The translations under genes and the position numbers were made by a program. DNA of 56,361 nt from Thermodesulfobacteriota bacterium (GTDB lineage: Bacteria > Desulfobacterota > Desulfobacteria > Desulfobacterales > C00003060), in NCBI GenBank assembly GCA_034189385.1, contig JAXHVD010000027.1:1-56361 (forward strand). The letters are read 5' to 3'. Shown one piece after another: positions 20,610 to 29,784 of the stretch. The notes under the pieces are model-generated. The model saw only the letters and a list, made by a program, of their open reading frames with translations. It searched no databases and was not told where the DNA came from. Numbering within the stretch: the first letter of the stretch is position 1; every line of letters begins with the position of its first letter.

Positions 20610-21209
20610 TTACAGACTCTCTCTCTTATCCATGGCACGCTTAATGGTAACTTCGTCAAGATATTTCAGGTCACTGCCCATGGGGACCCCAGAGGCTATC
20701 CGTGTCAGTCGTACAGGATAGGCACTGAGGCACTGAACCAGGTATGATGCCGTGGCCTCCCCTTCCACATTCGTATTGGTGGCAAGGACTAGTTCTTGGA
20801 TATCATTATTTGCCACTCGTGTGATGAGTTCTCTCACCTTCAGGTCATTCGGTCCGATGCCGTTCATGGGAGACAGCGCCCCATGAAGGACATGGTACAG
20901 GCCATTGAAGGCGCCTGATTTCTCGAGGGCCACCAGGTCACTTGGCTGTTCAACGACGCAGACGGTGGTCCGATCTCGATTCGGATTGATACACAGCCTG
21001 CATGGGTCCGTGTCAGCAAGGCCAAAGCACATTGAACAAAGTCTTACTTTGTCTTTCACTTCGAGAATGCTTTGTGATAGTTCCTTGGCCCTGTCATAGG
21101 GGGACCGCAGAATATGGAGAGCGAGACGGGTGGCAGTCTTTTCGCCTATGCCAGGCAGTCTCGACAGGTCCTTGATAAGACGTACGAGAGATGGCGGATA
21201 GTAGTCCAT
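20610..21209 (-). CDS. recR: recombination mediator RecR
   Basis: LPGIGEKTATRL, C4 zinc finger, YHVLHGALSPMNGIGP, EGEATA. Confidence 0.98.
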   Translation of the reverse strand: MDYYPPSLVRLIKDLSRLPGIGEKTATRLALHILRSPYDRAKELSQSILEVKDKVRLCSMCFGLADTDPCRLCINPNRDRTTVCVVEQPSDLVALEKSGAFNGLYHVLHGALSPMNGIGPNDLKVRELITRVANNDIQELVLATNTNVEGEATASYLVQCLSAYPVRLTRIASGVPMGSDLKYLDEVTIKRAMDKRESL

Positions 21210-21224
21210 TGCTGCTACCTGTGT

Positions 21225-21542
21225 CTACATTAGACCCGGGGGGAGGTTCAAGCCACCGGCCAGCTTGGTCATCTCCTGAGATACCATCTCTTTTGCCTTG
21301 TGCAAGGCGTCATTGACGGCAGCCAAGATGAGATCCTCAAGCATCGCTACATCATTGGGGTCCACAACTTCTGGATCGATCTTTATGGAGGTCAACTCCT
21401 GCTTGCCATTGGCCTCAGCCCTTATCATGCCGCCGCCTACGGTTGTTTCCACTCTCTTATCGGCCATCTCCTCCTGAAGTTTGAAAATCTTGGACTGAAG
21501 TTTCTGTGCTTGCTTCAACATGTTTCCCATACCTTTTGCCAT
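21225..21542 (-). CDS. ybaB: YbaB/EbfC nucleoid-associated protein
   Basis: KQAQKLQ, GGG, MLEDLILAAVNDA; dnaX-ybaB-recR synteny. Confidence 0.96.
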   Translation of the reverse strand: MAKGMGNMLKQAQKLQSKIFKLQEEMADKRVETTVGGGMIRAEANGKQELTSIKIDPEVVDPNDVAMLEDLILAAVNDALHKAKEMVSQEMTKLAGGLNLPPGLM

Positions 21543-21665
21543 TTTCTACCTCCAAACGGTGACAACGGCCTGAAACCAAATACGTTGAGGTTAGGCCCAA
21601 GTCCAAAGAGACATTTCCTATGCGACCGTTAGTCCAATTGTTCAAGGATGCTTGCATTATACTTG

Positions 21666-23300
21666 CTATAAAATTTTCACACTGACAACCTTTCCCTGGA
21701 AGACTTCCAGCGCCTCGCCAACCATTGGATGATTCAAGGCCTCCCTTCTCAGACGCCTCGTTCTGTCGCTTTCCTTGGAGCGGTTATTATTGGAAGCAGT
21801 GTCTGGCGCTTCCACAATCTTGATCTTCATATCACGTCTAAAGACCTGCTTGCAGATGTCTTGAATAGCCGCCATGCTTTTTTCGTCTTGAAGTCGAGCT
21901 GTGTAGAAGGAATTTCCGTGCACGGTGATTTCCAGGGTGCCTTTGGCAACCTTTGTAAGCAATGCCTTTTCCAAACTAGGCATCAGGGAAGGACAGCGGT
22001 CGTTGAAGACTGAAAGCAATTCTTGCCAAGTTTGAGTAAGATCTTCAGGGGATCCTGTGACCGCATATGGCAGCTCTTTGTCTTCTGACACACCTAGAGC
22101 ATTTTGTTTTGGCTCCTCAAATACGCCTCTTTGTTCAGGCAAGGCAGAGCCTTTTGCGAGCCCTTTTACCACAAGGTCGAGCTTTCCAACAATTTGATCA
22201 AAGGATTCAATTTTCTTGAACTGGGAGAGCTTGATGAAAAGCGCCTCAAGGGCCAATCTCGGCTGAGCAGAACGTTTGATACTCCCTTCTGCGGCGAATA
22301 GCGTGGTAAAGACCTGATTGATAGACTCGAAAGAGACCTCTTCTACCTGTTGTCTCATCAGCATGGCTTCTTGTGCAGAGACATCCACCAGCGACGATGC
22401 CCCGTTGCCCATCTTGACAACAAGGAGGTGTCTGAAGTGTTTAACTACTTGAGCGTACAGCCGTCTTAGGTCATGGCCATGGTTGTAAACCTCTTCAAGA
22501 AGACTCAGGACTTCGATTACATTGCCAGCGAGCAGACTGGACGCGAGGTCAAAGACGACCCTTTGATCTATGGCTCCCAGGCTATCCACTACCTCGGCCT
22601 CGCTAATACTTCCTTCAGAATAGGCCATGACTTGATCGAGGAGGCTCAAAGCGTCGCGCATACTTCCGCCAGCCTCCCTGGCCAGTAGGACAAGACTTTT
22701 GTCACCAATGTGGAAGGACATTTCCTGGCTGATATGTTTTAGGCTTGTCACCATATCTTCAAGGCCGATACGCCTAAAGTTATGTCTCTGGCACCGCGAG
22801 AGTATCGTGATAGGGATCTTGTGGGCCTCTGTGGTGGCGAAGAAAAAAAGGACGTGAGAGGGCGGCTCCTCAAGGGTTTTGAGTAAGGCGTTAAATGCTT
22901 CGGTCGTCAGCATATGAACCTCGTCCACGATGTAGATCTTGAACCGACCGTGGCTAGGCATATACTTAATACTCTCTCTAAGCTCACGGATTTCATTAAT
23001 TCCTCTATTAGAGGCGCCGTCGATTTCGAAAACATCCAGAGAAATACCCTCTGTGATTTCCTTGCACGATTGGCAAGCGTTGCAGGGGGATGGAGTTGGT
23101 CCGCTTTCACAGTTCATGGCCTTGGCCATTATCCGTGCCACCGACGTCTTGCCAACACCTCTAGGGCCAGAGAACAAAAGGGCATGGGCTACCCTGTCGG
23201 CACGGATGGCGTTTTTCAGTGTTCGTGTGACGTGACCCTGGCCCAAAACTTCTTCAAAGGTCTGAGGCCGGTACTTGCGTGCTAGCACCAGATAGGACAT
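21666..23300 (-). CDS. dnaX: DNA polymerase III subunit gamma/tau
   Basis: LARKYRPQTF, GPRGVGKT, DEVHML, TILSRCQ. Confidence 0.98.
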   Translation of the reverse strand: MSYLVLARKYRPQTFEEVLGQGHVTRTLKNAIRADRVAHALLFSGPRGVGKTSVARIMAKAMNCESGPTPSPCNACQSCKEITEGISLDVFEIDGASNRGINEIRELRESIKYMPSHGRFKIYIVDEVHMLTTEAFNALLKTLEEPPSHVLFFFATTEAHKIPITILSRCQRHNFRRIGLEDMVTSLKHISQEMSFHIGDKSLVLLAREAGGSMRDALSLLDQVMAYSEGSISEAEVVDSLGAIDQRVVFDLASSLLAGNVIEVLSLLEEVYNHGHDLRRLYAQVVKHFRHLLVVKMGNGASSLVDVSAQEAMLMRQQVEEVSFESINQVFTTLFAAEGSIKRSAQPRLALEALFIKLSQFKKIESFDQIVGKLDLVVKGLAKGSALPEQRGVFEEPKQNALGVSEDKELPYAVTGSPEDLTQTWQELLSVFNDRCPSLMPSLEKALLTKVAKGTLEITVHGNSFYTARLQDEKSMAAIQDICKQVFRRDMKIKIVEAPDTASNNNRSKESDRTRRLRREALNHPMVGEALEVFQGKVVSVKIL

Positions 23301-23680
23301 GAGAGAAAAAATCCCTTTTGCAGTTGTTCAGAGCTATTCGGTGAATGACAAGTGATTTGGTCTCTGGAAACAAGGCCGTTCGTCTGGCCTACTTGAGACC
23401 CTTGCACGATCCCTCCTCACTTGGTTCTGGGAGCTTCTTGAACCAAGTGCATCTCCCTTGGCCAAAGCGGCAGTTTTTTTGTTCAATGTGAGGCGAAATC
23501 TTGTGCTCAAACTCTGGCTAATGGCCTAAAGATTACGGTTTGGCCGGTTCTCGGGCCGCGTCGCGGCAGCCAGCTGATGATCCCAAAAAGCTGATGATGA
23601 ACACACGGAAGCGTTATGGGAAGATTTCTAATTTGTATCTTGCATCCCCCGAAGGTTGCCGTGGGGGGCTTCCACTCCAG

Positions 23681-23774
23681 TGGCGGAGAGAGAGGGATTC
23701 GAACCCTCGGTACCGCTTTTGGCAGTACACACGATTTCCAGTCGTGCTCCTTCGGCCAACTCGGACATCTCTCC
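23681..23774 (-). tRNA. tRNA-Ser(GGA)
   Basis: GGAGAGATGTCCGAGTTGGCCGAAGGAGCACGACT-GGA-AATCGTG, long variable arm, GGTTCGAATCC, encoded CCA. Confidence 0.97.
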
Positions 23775-24602
23775 GGCTTGCCAACTCTTAAGGTGTGCAA
23801 TGTTGCTTCTCTACCACCGCCTTTCAGGGAAGAGCCCATGAGATGGGGGCTGTCCCGACTCCGATCCTCAAAGACCAAGTGTGTATGGCCTAATAGCCTC
23901 TGGCCACTTACTTGTCAAGGCTGACATTAAGTCCATCTGTGAGCCAAGGCTATGGCCGGTCCTAGAACCAATAGGAGCTATTTTCAGCGGTGGGAAACGT
24001 TCCTTCTATGCCCCCCGGTTTTTCTTGGCACCATGGTCCCACAGGACCTCATAACAAACTGAAAGTATTATAACAAAACTATGTCCTTGCTCACGGCAGA
24101 AGCCATGGTCATGGACTTGACAAGAGGCGCTTCTTGAACGAAAGTGACGGTACCGATTCGGTGAGTCTCACACGAACGTGACAACAGCGTACCATAGAGA
24201 GGCTGGGAAGGTAAACAATATATGGGGGGTTCAAAGAATTCCATGGCCTATTCTTCCCCCAACTTTCCCTTAAGGTCCGATCATCCCATTCCAGATGCCT
24301 GATTTGTGGGAGGCATGAGCGGTTCGGAAGAGGCACGAATTTTGCATGACCTTCCCTGGGGCTCAACCATGTGACTCCTCTTGACGAGGCAAAAAGGGGA
24401 GCCATCATAGCGTTGGGCGAGGGTTCTGTTTGGGCTGTTTGTTTTCGTGATGTGAGTTGACAGGAAGTCTTTGATTTGATAGATTTTAATACAACTGCAA
24501 AGAGCGACTCGTGGGGAAGTGCGGAAGTCCATGGCCCAGAGCCACAAGGGGTGCGGGGGGCTCAGGTTGTGAGCTTAAGAGGAATCCTGGTTAGGTGCTA
24601 GC

Positions 24603-25508
24603 ATGTCTGATGAAGACTACATAAGGTCGTCAGTGAAGGAGGCTGAGCTTTATAGGACCCAGGGTCTTTTGGATGAGTCGAGAGACAAGTACAAAGAGGT
24701 GCTTGGTTTTATCCAGAAGAGTCCGAAGTATTCCAGTCACAAGAAGCTCATCGAGGGCGTGAAAGAGAAGATTCTGGCCCTTGAAAAGGATTCGGTTTCG
24801 AAGAGAGATGAAAGGGCAACCCCCATGCTTTCTGAGGATGTCCAGGGGCTCATTAAGCGGTTGTTTTCTTTCTCTGAGGACAAAAATGCCAGGGCGATCG
24901 AGGGCGCTGTGGCGCTGGCCAAGTTTGGCCAGCATGGACTGGCCTTGAAAGAATTTCGGAAATTGTTGAAGGACAGGACTGTGCCTGTTGTGGCGGCCAA
25001 GAACATCATTAGGTGTCATTTGGCCCTTATGGCTCCCCGTGCAGCCATCGACGAATTCGGCCAATGGCTCTCGGGCGACGTGCTGTCAAGGAACGAATTG
25101 AAAAGCATACGCATGTTCCTTGTAAGCGTGTTAGATAAGCAGGGTATGGGCAGCGAGGTGCCAGAGGTGATGGATGGCCCTTCCCCAGGACCTGAAAGTG
25201 TGGAAAAAGAAGAGGATATTATTGACATTTGTTCTGTGAGACTCAAGATGGAAGATGGCGCTGGTACGGGCAAGATGTTGGAGTTTGACGTCACCTTTCA
25301 GTCTGGCAATGTTATTAGCCTGATCATTTCGGCTAAACAGAAAGAGGTGGTACAAAATCTGAGCGTAGGTATTCAATTGCCTGACATGGAATTCTATTCT
25401 CCTATAGCCATCTTTAGAGGCAGTGGAGTCGTTTCCGGTAAGACGAAAATAAGGTCTGGCCCAGAGAAAGGGGCCTACATGTTGGACATAAAGTTAGACA
25501 GCGCCTAG
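24603..25508 (+). CDS. hypothetical protein (helical TPR-like N-terminus, beta-rich C-terminal domain) heading the mgl cluster
   Basis: 301-aa ORF co-oriented with mglA; EAELYRTQGLLDES motif. Confidence 0.7.
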   Translation: MSDEDYIRSSVKEAELYRTQGLLDESRDKYKEVLGFIQKSPKYSSHKKLIEGVKEKILALEKDSVSKRDERATPMLSEDVQGLIKRLFSFSEDKNARAIEGAVALAKFGQHGLALKEFRKLLKDRTVPVVAAKNIIRCHLALMAPRAAIDEFGQWLSGDVLSRNELKSIRMFLVSVLDKQGMGSEVPEVMDGPSPGPESVEKEEDIIDICSVRLKMEDGAGTGKMLEFDVTFQSGNVISLIISAKQKEVVQNLSVGIQLPDMEFYSPIAIFRGSGVVSGKTKIRSGPEKGAYMLDIKLDSA

Positions 25509-25650
25509 GGTCTGAATGACAGGATATGTGGCACGTCAGTTGCGAAAAGACCGTTAGAAGGGCGGGAGTCTTCTTGTCGGCTTGATTGCAGCATCCGGTG
25601 CCAAACGATTTGGACAAAGGGGTCAAAGAAGAGCTTTTTGCTTAGGTCTT

Positions 25651-26265
25651 ATGGCGGTTTTCAACGTAAGAGATAGGGTCATTGAGTGCAAGATCGTTTA
25701 TTTCGGTCCGGGCCGATGTGGCAAGACCACCAACCTGGAATATATCTTCAAGGCCTTTAAAACGCAGGCCAAGGGTGAGATGGTCTCCATTAATACCAAG
25801 GGTGATAGGACCCTCTTCTTTGACTTTCTTCCCATGGGGTTTGGCAAGATCAGGGGGTGCGAGGTCAAGGTTCACCTTTACACTGTGCCAGGTCAGGTAA
25901 GATATAGTTCTACCAGGAAACTGGTGCTCAAGGGTGTTGACGGCTTGGTCTTTGTTGCCGATTCTCTTGAAGTACGGCGGAAAGAGAATATGTTATCCCT
26001 AAAAGAGCTCCAGCAGAACTTGGCTGAGCAGAGTAGAAGCATATTCAAGGTCCCGCTGGTGCAGCAATACAACAAGCGCGATCTTGCTGAAGAGGGTATT
26101 CCAATCATGCCTTTGGAAGGTATGGCGCGGGATCTGAACAGCAAGCTCAAGGTGCCTTTTCATGAAGCAAGTGCTTTAACGGGACTGGGAGTGGGAGCTA
26201 CCCTTAAGACATGCTTGAAGCTGACATTGCACCATCTCCAGCAAGAACTCAAATGGGCTCGATGA
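25651..26265 (+). CDS. mglA: MglA-family small GTPase
   Basis: KIVYFGPGRCGKTTNL, DRTLFFDF, YTVPGQ, DGLVFVADS, NKRD. Confidence 0.9.
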   Translation: MAVFNVRDRVIECKIVYFGPGRCGKTTNLEYIFKAFKTQAKGEMVSINTKGDRTLFFDFLPMGFGKIRGCEVKVHLYTVPGQVRYSSTRKLVLKGVDGLVFVADSLEVRRKENMLSLKELQQNLAEQSRSIFKVPLVQQYNKRDLAEEGIPIMPLEGMARDLNSKLKVPFHEASALTGLGVGATLKTCLKLTLHHLQQELKWAR

Positions 26266-26274
26266 GGTATTCCC

Positions 26275-27465
26275 ATGCCTGGTGAAGCGGTATTTGCAGG
26301 TGATTTGACCTTTATTGGCCTGGCAGATATTCTCCAAATGCTTGGTAGCAATCGTAGCACAGGAGTGGTGCGGATAACAACAAAACAGGTCTCTAGCCCT
26401 GGCGTGATTTACTTCAAAGACGGCAACCCCATCAATGCGACCAACGGTTCGCTGCAAGGGGCTGAGGCCATTTATCCCCTTTTTGGATGGGCCGAGGGGA
26501 AATTCGTATTTCATAGACAGAAGGTCTCTGTAGAACACGTCATCCGGAGTAGCAGGATGGAGATTATCCTGGACGGAATGAAGATGTTGGACGAGGGGTT
26601 ACTGGAAGAGATTGGTGCCAAGTCTGCAATCAAAGTCAGGGGCAGAGAAACTGACGGACCCAAACATGACAGAAAGGATAGTTTGCCAATCCTGAAAGGT
26701 CCTTCAGTAGATTACATGTATCTTATTGATGAAGAGCAGTTCCGTGATGGAGAAGAGATTGTCACGGAAGGGGGCCACGGCAATTGGATTTGGGTGATCC
26801 TGGAAGGAAGTGTTGCCATCACGAGGCAGACCGCCAATGGCACGATGACCTTAGGACGGCTGGGGGAGGGTTGCTTTGTGGGGGCCCTGGCATCTTTTCT
26901 GGTTAGAGGACATGTGAGAAGCGCCACAGTAACAGCCGCCGGTGACGTTCAGCTAGGTGTCTTGGATGCACGGCGTATTTCCGGGGAATATGCAACCCTA
27001 TCATCTGATTTCAGAGGACTTCTTCTTAGTCTGGACGGCAGGTTAAGGAAGATTACGGATAGGGCTGTTGAGTTGTATTCGAGGAAATATAAGAGCAACG
27101 GGTTGGCCAAGAACAAAAGATTGGTAATGAAAGAGGATTCCCCCAAGAAGGCGGTCTACACCATCACGGCGGGCGAGGCCTATGTCATGCGAAAGACGGC
27201 AAAGGGGTATCTGCCCCTGTTGACGCTCGGGGAGGGGGATGTCTTTGGGGATCTGCCTTTCGTGGATCTGGGCCATGAGCCGCGCCGAGCCCGTGTGTTG
27301 GCATCAGACGATTTAAGAGTAGACAAAGTCGATGGGGAACTGATCACTAGAGAATACCATGGCCTATCTCCTACACTCAGGAACTTGGTGGACAGTATGG
27401 CCTCTTGTGTGTCTGTGACAACGACCGTTGCATGCCACCTGAAAGAAGGCAAGCGGTTTGGTTAG
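26275..27465 (+). CDS. DUF4388 (PatA-N-like) plus cyclic-nucleotide-binding domain protein
   Basis: GDLTFIGLADILQML...GVIYFKDG...WAEGKFVF; cNMP motifs GEGCFVG...RSATV and GEGDVFG...PRRARV. Confidence 0.85.
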   Translation: MPGEAVFAGDLTFIGLADILQMLGSNRSTGVVRITTKQVSSPGVIYFKDGNPINATNGSLQGAEAIYPLFGWAEGKFVFHRQKVSVEHVIRSSRMEIILDGMKMLDEGLLEEIGAKSAIKVRGRETDGPKHDRKDSLPILKGPSVDYMYLIDEEQFRDGEEIVTEGGHGNWIWVILEGSVAITRQTANGTMTLGRLGEGCFVGALASFLVRGHVRSATVTAAGDVQLGVLDARRISGEYATLSSDFRGLLLSLDGRLRKITDRAVELYSRKYKSNGLAKNKRLVMKEDSPKKAVYTITAGEAYVMRKTAKGYLPLLTLGEGDVFGDLPFVDLGHEPRRARVLASDDLRVDKVDGELITREYHGLSPTLRNLVDSMASCVSVTTTVACHLKEGKRFG

Positions 27466-27608
27466 TCGGTTATACAGTCTACAATTTGACATAAATGGGA
27501 GCGAGTGGACAGGTAAGCATGCAGGGGGCTTTGGCCATGATGGCGTCTTGTTGGCCAGCGGTATTGGACCCCGAGTATTTCCTCCAGATATGCGTGTTCA
27601 AGGATTGA

Positions 27609-28040
27609 GTGCTTGAGCAAGATAACCCATTGATAGGAGGCGGATTGTTGGGACATGTACTTGGCCAGAAACACCTGGATAGCATAGAGGAGGTCTTACG
27701 GCAAGACCTTGTTGGGCTGGGTGTCCATGCTGTCATTTTGGTTGATATGGCGGGCAACATTATCGCAGGGCTTGATAATGGGGAGATGAGGTGCGACGTT
27801 TACTCCCTGGGGGCTCTGGCGGCAGGCAACTTTGGAGCAGTAAGCGCCATGGCTAAGATCATTGGGGAGGAAGAGTTTCCCTTGCTGTTCCACAAAGGAA
27901 AAAAGAAGAACGTTCAGTTTAGTAAAGTGCCGGGGGATTTCTTGCTGGTTACTATATTCGGCAAGGAGATATCTCTGGGCTTTCTGCGTCTAAAAGTGGC
28001 AGAGTCCATCGACAAGATAGAGAAGATTTTAGGATCGTGA
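27609..28040 (+). CDS. mglB: MglB-like roadblock/LC7 protein
   Basis: LVDMAGNII, SLGALAAGNF.A...MAKIIGEEEF.LLFHKG, SLGFLRLK; start uncertain. Confidence 0.85.
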   Translation: MLEQDNPLIGGGLLGHVLGQKHLDSIEEVLRQDLVGLGVHAVILVDMAGNIIAGLDNGEMRCDVYSLGALAAGNFGAVSAMAKIIGEEEFPLLFHKGKKKNVQFSKVPGDFLLVTIFGKEISLGFLRLKVAESIDKIEKILGS

Positions 28041-28244
28041 CAGACTCCATGATATTGACGTCGGCCTGTGTCCTTTGAAGCTTTTCAGCTGGTTGAAACA
28101 GGCAGAGGGGGCCGGCCTTTAGGAAAAGGCGGTTTGTTGACGCCTGGGGAAAAAGATGGATATCCATCTGTTACCAGCCATGAGAGGGACTATCCTGATA
28201 GCCATAGCCTCTATGGCAAGGGAGCTCAAATAGGAGATACCTAA

Positions 28245-28931
28245 ATGGATGGAAAGAATGATGTGGGTGTAACCGATGAAATAGAAAACCGCCTGGAAGA
28301 GCTTTTTGAGCAAGGTGGCAGGGGACATGCCTTTGTGGAAGATGGTGGGCTTCCTGAGCACTTTGCCCTTAGAGACTTGAAAGCTACTATTTTGTCCATA
28401 GACTGGGAAATCACCGACGAGGCGGTGAAAAGTCTTATTGAGGAAAGCAGGAGATTGGCTGACGAGTACAAGGACGACAAGAACACTCTCATGTTCCTTA
28501 GGCTCCTTGATTCGGCGGGAAAGTACATCAGGAGCAAGAAGGCCAATGCCCACCCCGATGCCATCAGGCTATTGAACTCCGTTTACAACAGCTTAGAAGA
28601 GGTTTTCCTTTCTGAAGGTGTTACAGAAGGAGAGAAAAAAAGGATTCTTCTCGGCCAGGTGGAAGAATTCAAGCGGCTGAAAGGGCAGATAGCCCTTAAC
28701 AAAGCCGATGGAGCTAAGGGAAAAGAGGAGCAGCTCCCTGAGGGGGCAGCTGCTCCTGTGAAAGGACAGAGAAAAAAGGTAGCCATTCCGGCAAAGGGTG
28801 GCGGCCCTGACGTGAGTCGAATGGCAGCTCACGAAGCTTTTGCCTTTGCCTTGGACGAGATCAAGGCGGTGATCCAGGCGGAGTTCAGAGCCTTGAGGGC
28901 CGAATTGAAGCTATGGAGAGAGGAAGAGTAA
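28245..28931 (+). CDS. conserved helical hypothetical protein
   Basis: AGGAG RBS; LKATILSIDWEITD and IQAEFRALRAEL motifs. Confidence 0.75.
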   Translation: MDGKNDVGVTDEIENRLEELFEQGGRGHAFVEDGGLPEHFALRDLKATILSIDWEITDEAVKSLIEESRRLADEYKDDKNTLMFLRLLDSAGKYIRSKKANAHPDAIRLLNSVYNSLEEVFLSEGVTEGEKKRILLGQVEEFKRLKGQIALNKADGAKGKEEQLPEGAAAPVKGQRKKVAIPAKGGGPDVSRMAAHEAFAFALDEIKAVIQAEFRALRAELKLWREEE

Positions 28932-28932
28932 T

Positions 28933-29265
28933 CTAGGGTTGTTTGATGGTCTCAATAGCCTTCAATACGTCCAGATATAGCTCTGCCTCTTCTGGTTTTA
29001 TCCTTGTGTAACTCCTCCTGGCATCCCTTGGAATCCATGCCTTAGATTCGAGGATGAGCCCCACATACTCTCCTTCGCCACCATAGAATTTGTAATTTCC
29101 CTCCTCGGTTTTTCTGACCGTAGCCACCACAACATTGCCAGTCTTGCTGTACAAGCCCCATTCACCTTTCTCATGGGGCCTGAGTGCCAATGGTTCTGAA
29201 AATACAAGCGCTGGGCCAACCCACACGATGGAGGCTATTGTGGCTATTAGCATCCCCCTTTTCAT
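28933..29265 (-). CDS. small secreted hypothetical protein
   Basis: AAAGGA RBS, signal-peptide-like N-terminus. Confidence 0.7.
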   Translation of the reverse strand: MKRGMLIATIASIVWVGPALVFSEPLALRPHEKGEWGLYSKTGNVVVATVRKTEEGNYKFYGGEGEYVGLILESKAWIPRDARRSYTRIKPEEAELYLDVLKAIETIKQP

Positions 29266-29376
29266 GGTATCGTCCTTTCTCTTGTAGCAGAACTCACCTA
29301 TCCTTGAGCACCTTCCACTGGTGATGGCTCGCCGCGCCAGGTGGGCCCGGACTTCTGTTTCTTTAGCATTGGAAAA

Positions 29377-29670
29377 TCAAACCGAACTCTTGCCCTTCAG
29401 CTTATCTCTCAACACCCCAGAGCACTTAAAAGTGACCACTCTCATGGGCCTCAACATCATCTCTTGACCCGTTTGAGGATTCCTTCCTCTCCGGCCGCGC
29501 TTCTGCCTCACACAGAATCTGCCGAACCTGCTGATCATGACGTCTTCGCCGCCCGCCAGCGTCCGCTTAATGATTTCCAACATGGATTCAACTACCTCAG
29601 AAGACTTCTTCTTGGGCAAGTTGAGCCTCGTGTACATCTTATCCACAATGTCGTTCTTAGTGAGGGCCAT
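29377..29670 (-). CDS. ihfA: integration host factor alpha-like protein
   Basis: MALTKNDI, ISRFGRF, RRGRNPQTG, VVTFKCS. Confidence 0.9.
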   Translation of the reverse strand: MALTKNDIVDKMYTRLNLPKKKSSEVVESMLEIIKRTLAGGEDVMISRFGRFCVRQKRGRRGRNPQTGQEMMLRPMRVVTFKCSGVLRDKLKGKSSV

Positions 29671-29784
29671 TGGTCGTCACTCCTGTGAAATGGGATTGGC
29701 TTTGATATGCTGCGTTTTCAATAGCATGAGTGCCATTGCCCGTCAAGATGTTTCGTCTTGATATCAACTACTTTTGGCTCCTTT

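Noticed and set aside
23301..23680. Possible SRP RNA (ffs) upstream of dnaX; 10-bp hairpin at 23418-23449
   Set aside because: The conserved SRP domain IV motif (CAGG..GGAA..AGCAG) is not present on either strand; the hairpin alone is not diagnostic.
23640..23774. tRNA-Ser as an integration site
   Set aside because: No duplicated tRNA 3' end or intact integrase is visible; flanking genes are core.
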